NCBI GenBank assembly: GCA_016748015.1
Contig: JAAOMT010000007.1
Span: 1-64,000 of the forward strand
Source of the DNA: Geosiphon pyriformis uo1
Lineage: Eukaryota; Fungi; Glomeromycota
Reading direction: 5' to 3'
DNA length: 64,000 nucleotides
Positions within the stretch are counted from its first letter, which is position 1, and each line of letters begins with the position of its first letter. Below the pieces are notes generated by a model that was not told the origin of the DNA, did no database searches, and saw only the letters and a list, made by a program, of their open reading frames with translations. Below are positions 24,701-40,294 of this stretch, piece after piece. Made by a program: the position numbers and the translations under genes.

Positions 24701-27700
24701 TTCAAACTACTGCTAAATATTTCTGTTTAGTAACTAAATAGTTTTGTTCTGTTAACAAGAGTGTTTTACTAGCATATATTATCTTATTTTTCTTGTTTTC
24801 TTTATTTTTTTGTGAGAAAATAGCACCAAGTTTATAGCCAAATGCATTAGTATAAAATATAAAAAGTTAATTCAGATTAAGTTGTATAAGAATAGATTTT
24901 GTAACCAATTTTTTCTTTAAAGTTTCAAATGTTTTTTGTTAATGTATATTTCAGTAGTAATTAATATTTTTCTTAAATAGCTAATTAAGAGAAGAAACAA
25001 TTTTGAAAAAATTCTTAACAAATTTTCGATAATAGAAGACCAAACCAAGAAAAAAGCATTGTTTATGAATATTTATTGATTGCTTAATGTTTTAAACTTT
25101 TTCAATCTTGGCTGGATCAAAAAAAATTCTATCTTTTGTGATAAAATAACCAAAAAACTATGTAAATTATTATTCAAAAAAAGATTTGATTAGATTAATC
25201 TTAAGACCAATATTTTTGAGAAAATCAAAAACTTTTTGCAAGTATTCAAAATGTTTATTTCAAATTCTTGAGTATACTATTATATTATCTAAGTAAACCA
25301 AAACAAAGTATTCTTTAACTAATTTAAACACTTTGTTCATCAAGTATTAAAAGGTAGAAAAAGCATTGGTAAGACCAAAAAACATAATTGTAAATTTATA
25401 GATGCTATATTTAATAATGAAGACAGTTTTTTTTCTGCTTTTTGGATCTATTTCTACTTGCCAGAATTTAGCAGTTAAGTTAATAGTTGAGAAAAAAGCA
25501 GCACTATTGAATTTGTTTAACATTACATTAATTTTGGAAAGTAGATATATGTTTCTTTTAGTAATGGTATTTAATTGGCAGTAATTAACACAAAAGCATA
25601 AAATTTTATTTTTCTTAAATATTACTACAACTGGAAAGGCCCATTCACTTTTGGTTTTTGTAAATTCAAAATTTTTTATTTAGTTTATTTCTTTTTTGAT
25701 AAATTTGTTATTGTGTTAATTAAACTAATAAGACTTCAAATAAATAAGGCAAGTTTTTTTGGTGGTAATAATATATTATATTACATAAGTATATTCAGAA
25801 GTATTACTTTTTTTTGATATAACTAGGCTGTTTTTAGCCAATAGATTTTTAATGTTCATCTTTTTTTTTTTAGAAAATAGTTTTCTGTATTCTATTGTTA
25901 ATAATTGGATCTTAAATAGTTTGTTCTCAAAAAACTTTTGTACTTCTTTTATTTTTTTTTAAGTATTAGACTAATAGATTTCTAATCTTTGAAATAGATC
26001 AAACAAAACAACATTTATTACTAAAAGAATACAATAATTTATTATATCAGCACTAAGCACAAAAATCATATTACCAATAACTGTATTTGGCTTTTTGTTA
26101 AAAATTCTTCTAAGCATGTTATAATAAAGCCAACCAATCAGCTTGCTATTTACAATAATTTTTTTTTGTCAGCTTTAATATTATCTAATGGCTTATTATT
26201 ACTAATAAAGATAGTATAAGCAAGTTTAATGTTTCTTCTTATTCTTTTTTATTTTCTTTTTGTTTTTTTTTATTCTTTTTTTTTACTTTCTTTATTATCT
26301 GATTTATCTGATTGTTTTTCTTCTGAATTTTGCTTAAATACTAAAGGAGTTGTTCAATAATAACACTTAACCACAATGAGTTTTTTATTATATTAAATAG
26401 TTAATTTACAGAGTTTAGTTGAAAGTTTATCAATTTTTTTACTAATGGTTTTTAGAAAATGTTTGGCAATAATACTTACAGATAATTTATTGTTTAAGAT
26501 CAAATTAATAAGATAACCAGTCATTTGGACTTTGCAAATTAGAAAAGTAATATTGTTATTGTCAACAAATTCAGCTTAGCAAGAATACTTATTGGTTTTT
26601 GGTGGGTTTTTTTTGGGATTAAGGATTTGCAAAATTTTTTTCTAAACTGTAGATGGGTCATTAATTGACTAAAGATTATGTGCATTAAAGTTTTTCATAA
26701 AATTTTAAAAACAAAATAGGAACCAAATTTTTGTACTATTTCTGAAGATTTCAACTTTGGAGAATTCTTAAAAACTTTAGTCTTTAATAGCTTATTGTTA
26801 TCAGCAATTGATGTAAAAGCTTTATTGGAGTTCAGGGCAAAATTAATTTTAGCTTTTTTTTTTGTTGAATTAAAGAGGTTGATTGCCAATTAGTTTATAT
26901 TATGGTTATTATTAGTTAAGTTAAAACCATAAAAAAAGTTTTTTTCTGTTTGGCTTGTATTCTTATTTTTTAAAAGTGTGTCTTTTAGTTTAAAAACTAA
27001 TAAACAGTAGCTTCAATCAAAAGATTCTTTCCAAAAAAATTGATATTAGCATAATTAAATTTTTGATTAGGAATATTATTATTATTAAGTTTGTTGCTTT
27101 GAATATTATTGTTTCTAGAAGCTAGAAAAAACAATAAAAGATTGTTGCAATCTCTAAAAAAGTGTTCAGTTAATCCACAATAATAGCACATATGTAGATT
27201 ATAATTTTGTTGTCTTTGATAAGAAGACTGCTAAAACTGATTAAAATAAAATTCAAATTTAAGTCTTTAAAATTGTTTATTTCTTCTAACTGCTTAGATT
27301 AAGAGCTCTAATAGCCAAGCAAGATTGGTTGTGAGTCTATATATTAGTTGTTTATTAGGATCTGGAATTTGGGCAGCAAAAGAAGTAGTAGCTATTTGAG
27401 AACCAGAAGCCATAATAAGAACAGAAACAAAAACTAGAAATACAGATTCTAAATACATTTTTTAATTATTTTTGATTCTTTGAAAAAGTTTAATAGTCAT
27501 ATTCATAGTAAAATTATTTTTTAAAGCCAGAAAAAGCCAAAAAACATATGAAAAATTAGTTTTTAATGCTTTTGTAAAGGAATAAATTTTTTGCTTTTCT
27601 GTTCAGTTTCTTTTAGAGTCTATCTGTTTGATAAGTTTTCTAATTGCTTTGGCATATTCATTTACAATTTTACCAGAATTTTGAGTTTTTTTTTCTAATT

Positions 27701-30190
27701 CTATATGTTATTTAGATATAAAAATTGGAGTTCTGAATTTGTTTTCAAACTAGATAGTAAAAAAAGTATTGTCTTTTCTAGTATTTATTAATATTTATTT
27801 AATAATTTTTTGCTAAGTATTAATATTAGTTTCTTGTGAGAACCAAATAATAAGAGAATTTTGAAAATACTCACTGTTATTTATAAAATATAGAAATTAA
27901 ATATTAGTACACAAATTAGCTAATTAGAATAAGACATAGTAAAAGTGTAATTCCAGAATTCTTTTCAGAAAAATCGCAAGATTCTAGAATTACAGAATTT
28001 CAGTATGAGGAATTGCAAAATTCCAGAATTTCAGAATTCCTTTCAAAGAATTTCAGAATTCCAGAAATTTTAAGATTTTTGGTTAGAAAATTGAGAAATT
28101 CAAGAAATCTCATATAACAAAATTTATATATATATATAGCAGTAGTATTAAAAGCAGAAAAGACAGAATTCTTAATTAGAAGTTTAGTTTCTTTCTTATA
28201 TTCATTCCTTCATATGATAGTATTTTATGATTTAAAATAGAAGCATTAAATATTAATAATATACTTATTACTATTCAATTTATATTTCACTATTAACAAA
28301 TTCATGTTAATAGTTAGGAATTCATAATTATATTGAACTAATAGCTTTTAATTATAGCTATTAACAAGATACTAACTTTTTTTATTTTGACTTATTTTTT
28401 TATTTTTTATTTTTATTTTTATTTTTTTTTTATTTTGTTTTGTTATTATTTACTAATTGATTAAGAATTAAATGTGTAAAATTATTAATATTAAAATAAT
28501 TGGTAAATCACCCAGAAATAAGAGTAGAATACTGAAGGATTGAGAATAGTTTACTAAGAGAATTACTGGTCATTATGTTAAGAAAAAAATTTAATGAAAT
28601 TGCAATTCCAAGAAACTATAGATAAAACAATTATTAAATCTCTGCTCATTATACAAAGAACTCAACCAAAATCTTCAGATATAAAACCTTTCAATACTAA
28701 AACCTTTAGATAATACCAACCAAATTAACTATTGAGTACCAAATTATGAGTTTGTTATTTGTTTCCAGACCCCAAATAATGACCTGTAACATTATTAACA
28801 ATTTGAAACTTGTTAATTAGTGTTATATTAATTAGCTATAACAGTTTTTTCAAAGTTATTTAACTATTCAATTGGATCTTGTACATTGTCTTTAAATAAT
28901 AGTAATAAGGTGTTGTTTTTTTGCTCTAAAGTAGTTTACATATTTTGAAATGCAGCCAAAATGTTTTTTTGCATGGAATCAACAGCTATTAATTCAGAAA
29001 TAGTTGTTTAAATAGAATAGTTTAATTTACTTAAAAAGAAATTAAAAACAAAAGCAGTTTAATAGCTTTTTTCTTCTGTTTTAAAAAAAGTTTCACTTAA
29101 TTAATGAGCAGTAAGCCAAATGTAAATTTGATGATTTAGATGTTTGAAATTAAGAAGCTGTTGTTCAAAAATTGTTGAGTATAAAAGCTAATTAATATTG
29201 TTATTGTTTTTTTCAAAAGTTTCTTTAAAGTAGACTTGATTAAAGAAATAGATTGTATAGGCTGTATAGATTTCAACTAAATGCTTATTCAAGAACCAGT
29301 TTTAGAAGTTTTGAAATTGTTTACTGGATTGTTTTTCAAGAGGAAAGCAAATCAAGCAAAAAAACAGAAGATTGAATGTAATAAAATCTAAGTTATTTCT
29401 GTTGTGTATTGTAAAATGTTTTTCTGATTATTGTAGCAAGTATAAATAATTACTTATACAATAAAAAATAAGTAAATTTTAATAACTTTACAAGGAGCAT
29501 TACTTTTATATTATAAGTTGAAATAACAAAGCTAATAAATAACAAGAAAGAACAGATTTATAAGGTAATAGAATTAATTAAAAGAGGTTCAACTTCAAAA
29601 AGCAAATTGAATAAGTAAGAATTTAATATGTGAGATCAATCTTATAAAATATCTCAATCACTATTTTTTTTTCAAAAAATAACTAAAAAATTTGAAAATA
29701 GAAAAATAGTCTGTACTATTAACAAATAATAACATACTAATATAATTCTATGTCTCATATTAGTGCTCTTAGAATTCAATATTAGATATTAAATATACTT
29801 TTTAGTCATATTTTATTCAATAATTTTCAAATGTTACAATTATACAAGTCAGGAAAAAAGTATATAAATACCAACAAATAATCTTTTATTTTAAGATATT
29901 CAGATACTTAAAGACAAAAAAAAAAGAATAAATAATAGAAAAAAAATTAAAATAATAGTTATTATTTTATTTATTCTTAATCAATTGTTACATTAATACT
30001 TTTTATAACTAAAAAATTTATTGTTTATATAGCTATTAAAAGTGGTTAATGATTAGATCAATAATTAAGTCAATAGTTAAGTTATTGATTAGATCAATAA
30101 TTACTATCTAAAAATAAGATGGCTAATTATATAATATTAGTGATTAATATATGTGATAATTAATAAAAATTATAAGTTTTAACTATAACA
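21703..30190 (-). mobile_element. Family B copy B2, inserted in the integrase C-terminal tail of C; small deletions in protease and gag
   Basis: LTRs at 21703-22446 and 29509-30190; TSD ATAC/ATAT; colinear with B1; knuckle CYYCGLTEHFFRDC in ORF 26997-27191. Confidence 0.9.
27875..28791 (+). repeat. Solo LTR of family A inside B2 gag
   Basis: tgttatttataaaa...gacctgtaaca; full-length match to 49185-50046; TSD TCAC/TTAT; the flanks rejoin to match B1 near 16860. Confidence 0.88.
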
Positions 30191-33100
30191 ATATTAGTAG
30201 TAATAGTATTTTAATTTTGAATATTTGTATTATTATTATTAGTTTACTATCATATAATTTCAGCCAGTTATTATGTACTGCTTTTTTTAATATTTTTTTA
30301 TTCAATTTTAATTTATATGTTTTATTTTTAGGTATTTTATAAATATAAAATAGTTTATTTTATTTGTAATCAAACTTTTTACCTTATTGTTTTTTAGTTT
30401 TAATATAATGTAATAATACATTATTTTTTAATTTTATAACTAGTTATATTATTTGTTAATTAGTTATTATGTTTTACTTTTTGTTATTTTTATAATTATT
30501 TAATATTTTGTGATGCTTTTTTCTTTTATTTTTTAAAGTTTTTATTAATTTATATATTCTTTTAACTAGTGTTTTATGAAATATTGTTTTAATAATAGTG
30601 TTATTTAAATAAGTTAGAATAGTAAGTTTAATTAATAATGTGACTTTTTTTTTATAAACTAACTTAAATAATATAAATTATATAATATTTTATTTTAATA
30701 TTATATATAGTAATAGTACTGTTAATATAAACAAATTTAATTTTTTTTCTATGTTTATTGCTAATTTTGGCCAGTAATTTACATAGTATATGATTAAAAT
30801 ATTCAATTAATCTATTTGTTTATAAATAATATGATAATAATAGTTATTTAATTTTAAATCTTTGGCTAAGCTCTTTTAAAGTACTATTTACAAAGTATAT
30901 ATCTTGATCTAATAACAATTTTTGTGGATATTTATGTTGGCAAATTCAGTTTTATATACAAATTAAGCTATTGAAATAATATTAACTGTTTTAATGGCTT
31001 TAATTTTTGGTTATTTGATAAAATAATTCATGGCTATTAAAATATAATAGTTGTTTTTTATTGTTATTAATAATGATTTAATTAAATTAATTCTAATTCT
31101 ATTAAATAGTTTTTCAACTTTTATTGGTTTCAATAGTTCGGTTTTTTTTGCTCCTCTTTTTTATCAGTATAGATTACAATTTTTTATATATTAAATTATA
31201 TTTGAATTTATTTTGAATCAATAATAATAATTAATTACATATTAGATGGTTGTTGTTTTTTTATAATAACTTAAATAAATATCTAAATGCATATCTGAAT
31301 AAATATTAAATAAGATAATTTTTTTTATTTGTAATTATAACTCTTAATGAATTATTTGAATTTTATTAATTCCAGTAATAGAGTATGTAATTTTAGATAA
31401 AATAATGTTTTAATAATTTCTGGAGCTTAATTTGCTTTTCTATTAATATGTTTTTTTCTATGTATAGTGTTTTTAAATATTGTTTAAGGTTTTTATAAAG
31501 ATAATTGTTTATTGTTTTTGTGATGAATAAGCTAATAATTTTTTACATATGTTTTATTCTTAATAAATAATTATCATTAATATTTTTAATATTTTTTTTG
31601 TATTAGATAATATAATTATATAATATTAATATTTGTAACCATCAATCATATTTTTTTCAGTGTTTTTTTGGTATTTAATCAGATCAAATCTCTATTATCT
31701 GTAATAATATCAAAAAGTTTATATTATAAATATATATTAAAATATATACAATTTTAGAATATTATTAAGTATTCTAGCTAATGTATTGTGTAGTTTTGCT
31801 CTATTATACTGAAACTTTTATTTACATAAGTAATTATATATTTTTTATTATTATTAGTTTTTGTAAAAAAATAGTTCTAAGTTTAGTTCCAAAAACATTT
31901 ATAACCAAAATAAATCTTTTGTTGAAATTTAAATAATTATTATTGATAATTCAATAAACTTTTGTTTAAGATACTTAAAAGTTTTTTGTTATGCTTTAGT
32001 CTATTCAAATTTTACATTTTTGAATAGTAAATAATTAAGAGATTTAATAATATTTGAAAAGTTTTTTACAAAGTAATAATAATAAGATGTAAGTTCTAAA
32101 ATATTTTTAACTTCTAAAATATTTTGAGATAATAGAAAATTTTTTGCTTTGTTTATTTTTGATAAATCTGATTCATTCTATTTTTTTTAACTATATGTTC
32201 TAAAAATACTAGTTTATTTTTTCCAAAAAAACATTTTTCTAAATTTAATTTAAGTTCAATAAGTCTTAATTTTTTATAAACTTGTTGTAAATATTGAAAA
32301 TAATTTATGAATTTTGGTGGAAAAATATTTGTAAATAATAATAAATTGTTATAGAATTTTGAAGTAAATTATATTTATTAGTCTTTAAAATATTATAAGA
32401 GTATTTGTTAATTCAAATAACATTATATTGAATTTATAATTGCTATTTTGTATTGTAAATGTTGTTTTATGTTTGTTTTTTGGATCTATTTCCACTTGTT
32501 AATATTTACTGGTCAAATTAAGTATAAAAAACCATTTTGCTCTTTCAAAAATGTTAAAAATTTTGTTAATTAATAGTATTGAATATAAGTTTTTAATTAT
32601 TTTACTATTTAATTTATAATAGTTGATGCAAAATCTAATTTTTTCATTCTTTTTTCTTATTAAACCAATTAGTAAAAACTATAGATTTATTAATAATTAA
32701 ATTATTATTTTTTTTAATATGTTTAAATTTTTTTTCTGATAAAATTATGTTTTATTAATGAGATATAATAAGTGTATTGTTTTTTGATCTGATGTTTTCA
32801 GTAAAAATTTAATATTAAACTAAATTTGTTTTTTTATGAAAATATATTAAAATATTTTAAAATTAATGCTTTTAATTGTTACTATTGGTTAGAATTTATT
32901 ATTTTAATTTTTAATATGGCCAATTTTTCTGGCATAAATTGATAATATTTTAATAGTTGTTGCTAATTTATTAAAATAAGTTTAAAATAAAGCATAATTT
33001 CTGAAAAATTTAAAATTTTTTGTAATATTAATGTATTTTTTAGCTTTGTTCTAAAATATAAATAAATTTTTTTAAAGTATTTGTGATAGAAACTTTTATT

Positions 33101-33260
33101 TATTAAGTTTTATTAGCTAGAATAAAAAGATTAATAAGTTCTATGAAAAATTGTTAACAAGTTTTTGAATAAAATTTAAATATTAGGTTTTTTTTTAATT
33201 ATTTTTCTTATTTTTATTTCTTATTTTTTATATAATATAAGCATAATAAGCTGTTTAATT

Positions 33261-33700
33261 TTAATAATTTTTTTTTATTGTTTTAGTAAAATTTATTTTA
33301 ATTTTTTTTTCTGTTAATCTAAAACTAAAAGTTTTTTTTATTGTTTGTATTAATTTTTTACAATTTTTTATTGGTACGAATTTTCTAATTTTTATTAATA
33401 TTAAAAAAATTGCTTGTGTAATCTTTTTTTTAAACTTAATAATATAAAATTTTTTAAAATTGGTTTGTAATAAAATTATTAAATTTTTAGTGTATTTAAA
33501 GTTAATTACTTCTTTTTGAATGCTTATTTTTTTTGTAAGACTTAATTGTAATGCTATTTGAATTATTATTCTTGGTAAAATTTCAACTACTATTTTCAGA
33601 TTAATTTTGATAATACTTTTAAGTAATAACATTATAGATTAGTCTTCCAAATAACATAAATTGAATTTAGTATTAATTAAATAAGCTTTTTTAGATATTA
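33261..33700 (-). pseudogene. dut: Decayed dUTPase domain of element C
   Basis: KINLKIVVEILPRIIIQIALQLSLTKKISIQKEVINFKYTKNLIILLQTN...KKITQAIFL aligns with the A2 dUTPase motifs. Confidence 0.7.
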
Positions 33701-34198
33701 TTTCTAAGTGCTTATTATCAAAGTATTAGATATTAATCTCTTGTTTTAGATTAGTATAGGCTATAAATCCTTTTAATTTAAGACTGTTAAATAAGTTTTG
33801 TTGATTTATTAATTAATTTTGGTATTGCTAATTCTCAATTTTTATTTTTTTTCTAAGTTTTTTATATATTAATACTCTTTATAATACTAACTTTGACACA
33901 AAATAAAACAGTTTTTGCAAAAATAAATATTGATTTTAATAAGATATTGTTCTGGTTCTTAGTAAAATATAGCTATTAATAGTTTTTCTAGAATTTATTT
34001 ATTGAGTCAAACTTATTGTAATTGGTAATTTTATTGGTTATTTCGGCTGATACTTTTTAATATTATATTTTTTTAACATTTTTTTTTATTTTGGTTTATA
34101 TAATATTATATAATTTATTTTTATTATATAGATAATATTATAGTCTTTTTAATGTTCTATTAAATTTTGTTTTAAATAATATTTCTTTTTTTATTTAA

Positions 34199-35100
34199 TA
34201 TTATTGAATATTTTTCTATTTTTTTCTTAATGTTGTTAATATTATTTTGCTGTTAATAAAAGTCAATAAATCTTTAATAAGCTAATTTTTTTTTAAAATA
34301 TTTCTCTATATTTTAAATTATATATACTCTTGGACTTATAATAGAATAGCCAATTTTATATTAAATATTTATATAATTACTTTGCAATAAAAGTCAATTC
34401 TTTTACAAAAAAATCTTATCTATAAGTTTTTCAAATATGTGTAGTTACTTTGCTGTAAAAATTAATTTTTTTACAGAAAATTTTGACTATAAACAACTCA
34501 ATAATATAAAATAAAAAATAAAAAATAAATAAATAAAAATAAAAAAATAAAAAATATGTTTAAGAAAGTTGTTTTGGATTCAGGTTTGGAAGCAATTAAT
34601 AGTTTACTAAAATTAGTAGCTAATCAATTTTAAACTGTTAGTATGAAATAGTTAATTTTAAACAAAAATAATTAATAATTTTATGTTTTTTTAAAATAAA
34701 TTTTATTGAAATTAACTTATAAAAAAATAATTCTAACTAAAATATCTAGTAAAAGATATTAATTTAAATAAACTAAAATACATTTTTTCAAAGAAAAGCT
34801 CTTTTTTAAACAATTTATTATAATACTATTTTATAAACTAGCACTTTTTTTTTCTAATTTTTAGTAAACTAAAAATATATTTTATCGAACTACAAGTTAT
34901 TTCTGTAAACTATAAATTATTTTGGTAAACTGTTGAATATTTTAGTGAATTACTAAATATTTCAGCGAATTTTTAATATTATATAATTCAATATATTACA
35001 TAATTTAATTATTACAATTTGATTATATTTGTGTTTTGTACAAATTGGATTATTAATTGAATGATAATTTGGATAATTTAATAAAATAATAAGTAATAAA
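34199..35100 (-). repeat. 3' LTR of D (inner end and PPT apparently deleted)
   Basis: Aligns with 57443-58200. Confidence 0.78.
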
Positions 35101-38100
35101 TTATAGAGTTTAAAGACTACTCTAAATTTGTAATAAGTATTTATTGGTCCAGTTGTTGTTTTAAATTTATTGTAAAGTTGTTTCTAAATAGCTTTAAGTG
35201 TGAGATTTGTTGTTTTGAGCTCTAGTTTTCTTTTGTAAAGTGTTTTTTTAATATAAAAATATTTATAAATTAGAAAATATTTATTGTTTTATTTGTTAAA
35301 ATACTGTTAAAGTTTTTGTTAAATTATAGTATTTGGTAGAATATCAATAAGTGTAAACATTAAATTCTCTCTTAAAGGTTGTTTTAAAAGTTCTAAAAGG
35401 TAAATTCCAAAATAACTTCTTATATTTTTTTTATAATTCATGAATTTATAATTAAAAATGTAACTAATTCTGTTTGAATATAATTAATATATTTTTCAGT
35501 AATTATTATAAATAACTCGAGTAAAAATTTTAAGACTAGCATTAATTTTTCAAATAAATGTTTTGGGAAATAATTATGATAATTACTAAAAATGTGAATA
35601 AATAAAATTATTTTTGGTATGTAAAGTTTTTATGTTATTTTTGTTTTTGTTTTTTTGTGTAGTTTTTGCTTTGTTTTTGTGAAATTAATTTTAAAATATA
35701 GAAAATAGCTATAAAAAAATTAATATTCAAATTGGAAATTGTTTAATAATAACAATTAGTTCTAAGTTTTAGAAAATGTTTTTAAGATTAACCAAAGGGA
35801 ATTGTGTACTAATTTGTAGAATTGAGAGTTCAAAATTGGTTCTAAAATAGTAATGCTTTAGTTTGTTATTATATACAACTTTTTTTAAAATTTTATTGTT
35901 AAATCTTAATTTATATAATTTATTTCTTAGAATTTTGTGTATATAAAATATTTTATCTTATTTATAATCGAATTTTTAACCCTATTGGTTTTTTTTTAGT
36001 TCTATATAAGAGAATTTTATTTCCAACTTTAAATTTATTGATAATTGGTAACAGTTTGTTGTTATATTATTTTTTTTATTAGGTTTAAAAGAATTTTATA
36101 TAAATAACTGTTGTTTATTGTTTTCTTTCTAGTTTATTAAAAAATGTGTAGGCTTTTCTTTGTAATGTTTTTCGAAAATTGATTTTATAATTGGTTAAAC
36201 TGAATAAAATTCTACTGTAAAATTAATTGGTAACATTGTTGTTTTATTATAAGTTAAATCAAATAATATATGTTTTATTGTATTTTGTTTTAATATTTTA
36301 TATACTAGTAATACTGATAGAATAAAAAGATCTTATTCTTGTTCAAAATTTATTGAGACTTTGGTTAATAATTTACAAAGTATTTTGTTAAAATATTTTA
36401 CAAATCTGTTTGTTTGTGAATAGTAGAGCAAAGATAAAAGTTTTTTAATATTGAATTGTTCACAAATTTTTTGTATTAAATTGTTTATAAAATGTGTTCT
36501 TTAATTAAATGAAAGTTCAATTAAAATATACTGATAAAAAATTCAAGTACATATTATATAAAATTGTTTTTTTTTATGTTTTTGGATTACTTTAAGTAAA
36601 TTATATAAATTTTTGTGATTTTAATAATAGATAATATTATTGTGTAAAAAATATTGTTTTGTTTGTTATTATAATTAATGTTTTTTACTTAAAAACCAAG
36701 TTTTTAGTATTGTAAATATTTTCAAATATTGTTTAAAATCATTGTAATTTTCAGAGTCTATTGTTTTGTTACTGTTAATTAAATTAAATAGTATTTTTAG
36801 TTTTTAATTTTGTTTTATTTTGGAGAAACAATTAATATTTATGTGTAGTTTTCTTGATTTGTAATATATAATATATTTGTAATTTATTAAAAATTTATTT
36901 TTTAAGTTTGTTTTATATTCAATTCAAAGCTTTTGTTTTATAGATATTTAAGTTTAATATTATCAATAATAATATTAAATTTTTTTAGTTTGAGATATAG
37001 ATTAAAATAGTAAAGAACTTAAATTACTGCTGCTGTTTTTAATTTAGTAACAAGATAATTTTTTTTTGCTAGCTTTAATGTTTTGCTAACATAAGTGATT
37101 ACTTGCTTATTGCTATTGTTATTTAGCTAAAATAAAATAGCACTAAAAGCTTTATATAAAAGATTTATAACTAGTTGAAATTTTTTATTGAAGTTATTAT
37201 TAACTTTTTTTTAAGAATATTAAATGTTTTTTGTTGTTTTATTGTTTATTTGTATTTGACGTTTTTGTTAATTAAATAATTCAGTGATTTAGCAATTTTT
37301 GAAAATTTTTTGATAAATTTTTAATAGTAAGATATTAATTCAGTAAATTTTTTTAATTTAATAATGTTTTAAAGAACTTTGAAATTTTTAACAACAGTAA
37401 TTTTTTCTGGATTAAATTTGACTTTTTTTTACTAACAATATGTTCTAAAAAAACCAAGCTGGTCTTTCTAAAATAATATTTTTTAATATTTAATTTTAAT
37501 TTTGTTTTTTGTAATTATTGAAAAACTTCTCATAAATAAATTAAGTAAGCTTTAAATGATAGTAAATAAACATCAATATTATCTAAATAGACAGCTATTA
37601 ACTTTTAAAAAAATTTAGCATAAACAATATTTATGAGTTGTTAAAATATAGTTGATATATTACATAATCTAAAAAACATTATATTAAATTCGTAAATTTT
37701 TTTTTTGAATTATAAAAGCTGTTTTTAGATAATTTTTAAAATTTACAGCAATTTGTTAGTATTTACATTCTAGATTTAATGTTAAAAAATATTTTGATTT
37801 GTCAAAAATATTTAGCATATTATTAATTTAGGGTAAAAAATAAATGTTTTTAATTATAATACTATTTAATTAATAATAATTAACACAAAAACAGATTTTT
37901 TTATTTTTATTTTTAATAAAAACTATTAATAAAACCAGAAATTTATTGATAATTAAATAAGCTTATTATTAAGCATGTGTTAAACTTCTTTTAATATAAA
38001 TTAGATTTAATAGATTTATTGGCATTTTAATTTTGCATTTCTAATATAAATTTGGTATTAAACTAAATCAGTTCTTTTTAAATTATTATTGTTTTTAGCA

Positions 38101-38630
38101 AATATGTCTATATTTTCTTTGATTAATTTTTTGAATTTTTTTTGCTGTTGTAGTTTTAATTGTTCTATGTTGATTTAAGATAATTTTTTAATAACAACAT
38201 AATAATTTTTATTAATAAAAATTGAGTTAAATTTTAGAAAAAAATGTCTAATTATTTTGGTAAAATTTAAAACTATTTAAGATAACTCTTGTTGAAAAAT
38301 ATTATTGTAAATAATTTTAATTTCTAAATAATTATCTAATATAATAGAGTAGTTACTGGAATTATAGAAGTTAATTTTAAATTTTTTGCTTTTTTCAAGT
38401 AAATAAATATTTAAAATTAAATTTTATATTCTTTGCAAATTTATTTATTAAATTCGAAAATTTGTTAATTTATAATAAATATTAAAAAAAAAAAATCTTT
38501 TTTTTTTCATCCATCCCAAATTCCCAGAAAGAGTCAAAAGTTTTTTGAAAAAAGTTTTTTCATCATTCAATATGATAAAACCAAACCATTTTTTGATTTC
38601 GAAACTATTGTTGGCCTTAGTATTGCTGTC

Positions 38631-40294
38631 ATGAAGAAAATTGCTGAAAAATCTGGTTTTGGTAGTGGTTTCAAGTCTGTTTTGTCAAGAAAAAAGAAAA
38701 AAAGTGTTGCTTTGGAAGAGGGTATTGGTGGCAAAGGGGTTTTAATTAAGGTGTCTGGTAGTTGTTCTTGAAGTACTAAGACTGGTGATACTACAGAGTC
38801 TGAAAGTATTGACATGGAAGAGGAGTGTTTAGTGGAAGAAACTAGCTTTAACTATGGTGAAAGTGGCACTATTGCTGATGGGGAGCATAATTAAACGCCT
38901 AAAGAGCTGGGTGTTAAAACTAAGAAGGCTTTGGGCAAGCTATTAGAAAAGATAGACTTCTTAAATCTTGATGTTGATGACAATGTTCTCTTAGATGCTC
39001 TCTTAGAACTTTCCCTTTCTTTGAAGAATTTAGTTCCTGTTTCTATTAAAAAGTCTTTTGCTCTGGATATTGGATTGGATAAAATGGTTGAAAAATCCTC
39101 TCAAGAGAAGCTCATGGTAGTTAAAAGGTTGTTTTCAAAAGTCAATGGTTTTGGGAAAGCTCTCTACCCCCTCAAAATTTTCTGAGATCATCTATGCTTC
39201 CTTCACCTCTGAAGCTAGCTTGGGGCAGGCTATAGAAAAAGCAAGAGCAGCAAACATTTTAGTAAATACCAATCTCAAGAAATCTACTGGTCATTTAGAT
39301 TGGACTGTAGTGATAAAAAAAATTCCAGTTGGAACATCAGCTGAGGCTGTGTGCACTGTGCTATCCGAATTTGGAATAATTAAGTCAATTAAAATACAAT
39401 TGGTGGAGCTGTGGCAAAAAGCTGTGGTAGAATTTGAGCAATTGAATTATGTTGATTTGGTCACAGCTGAGTGGTTCATCCTAATTGGGAAGAATGCCAT
39501 GTGTATTGCCAAGACTGATCTAAACAAAGAAACATGGGATAAGAGAGATCATCATAGGGCACTGCTCTATACATTGCCAATAGGAATTAATGCTCATGAT
39601 ATTTGAGACTTTGTTCGATCTGTGGATGAAAAAACTTGTGTTATCAATTGCCATTTGGTTATATATGCTCGGATCAGGTGTGCTGTTGTTTGTTTCAATT
39701 CTGCTGAGTCTTTAGATGCTGCCATAGGAACCACACTAGTGCTCAGAAGCACTAATTTACATTGGTCTAGTCTTGTTTCTGCTAGATATGCCAAGTGTGA
39801 AAAGTTGGGTCATATGTTATTAAGCTGTGTTGAGAGTGGAAAGATTTCTTTCAGTAGTTCATTCTGTAAAGTGCTTTTGGATGTAAATAAAAGGAGGCTG
39901 ACTGCAATATATGCCAAACAATTTGCTCCAATTGCTCATCCCATTTCTTTTGGTGGCCTCTTTTGGATAAAGATTGCAAGTAGTTCTTCTTCTCTCTCTT
40001 TCTCTGGTCAAGTTGTTTCAGTGAATGTTGGCTCCTTTTTGGAGATAAAGCCATCCCTACTGGTTGTAAATGAAATTAATGTTAGGTTTGCCACTCTTAA
40101 GCACAGTCTTACCAGTTTTACAGAGCATGTTAATAAGCTGGCTAAGAGATTGAAAACACCTGAGCCAACGATTTCTCAGCTTAGTCCTGGATGTCAGTCA
40201 TTAGTGACCCCTTCATTACAAAATCAAGAGGCAGATATAGTGATGAGTGAGGGTTCAGGTGTGGCCACTGGTGGTGAAACTGTTGTAAAGGTGG
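38631..40294 (+). pseudogene. LINE ORF1 (RRM-like segments plus zinc knuckle), C-terminus deleted
   Basis: VVIKKIPVGTSAEAVCTVLSEFGIIKSIKI, LLYTLPIG, CAVVCFNSAESLDAA, and knuckle YAKCEKLGHMLLSC near 39787-39828. Confidence 0.8.

Noticed and set aside
11539-25584. Short hydrophobic ORFs (11539, 15248, 21284, 22793, 24354, 25402) as membrane proteins
   Set aside because: They are antisense shadows of A-rich retroelement coding strands; T-rich codons give Phe/Leu/Ile by composition alone.
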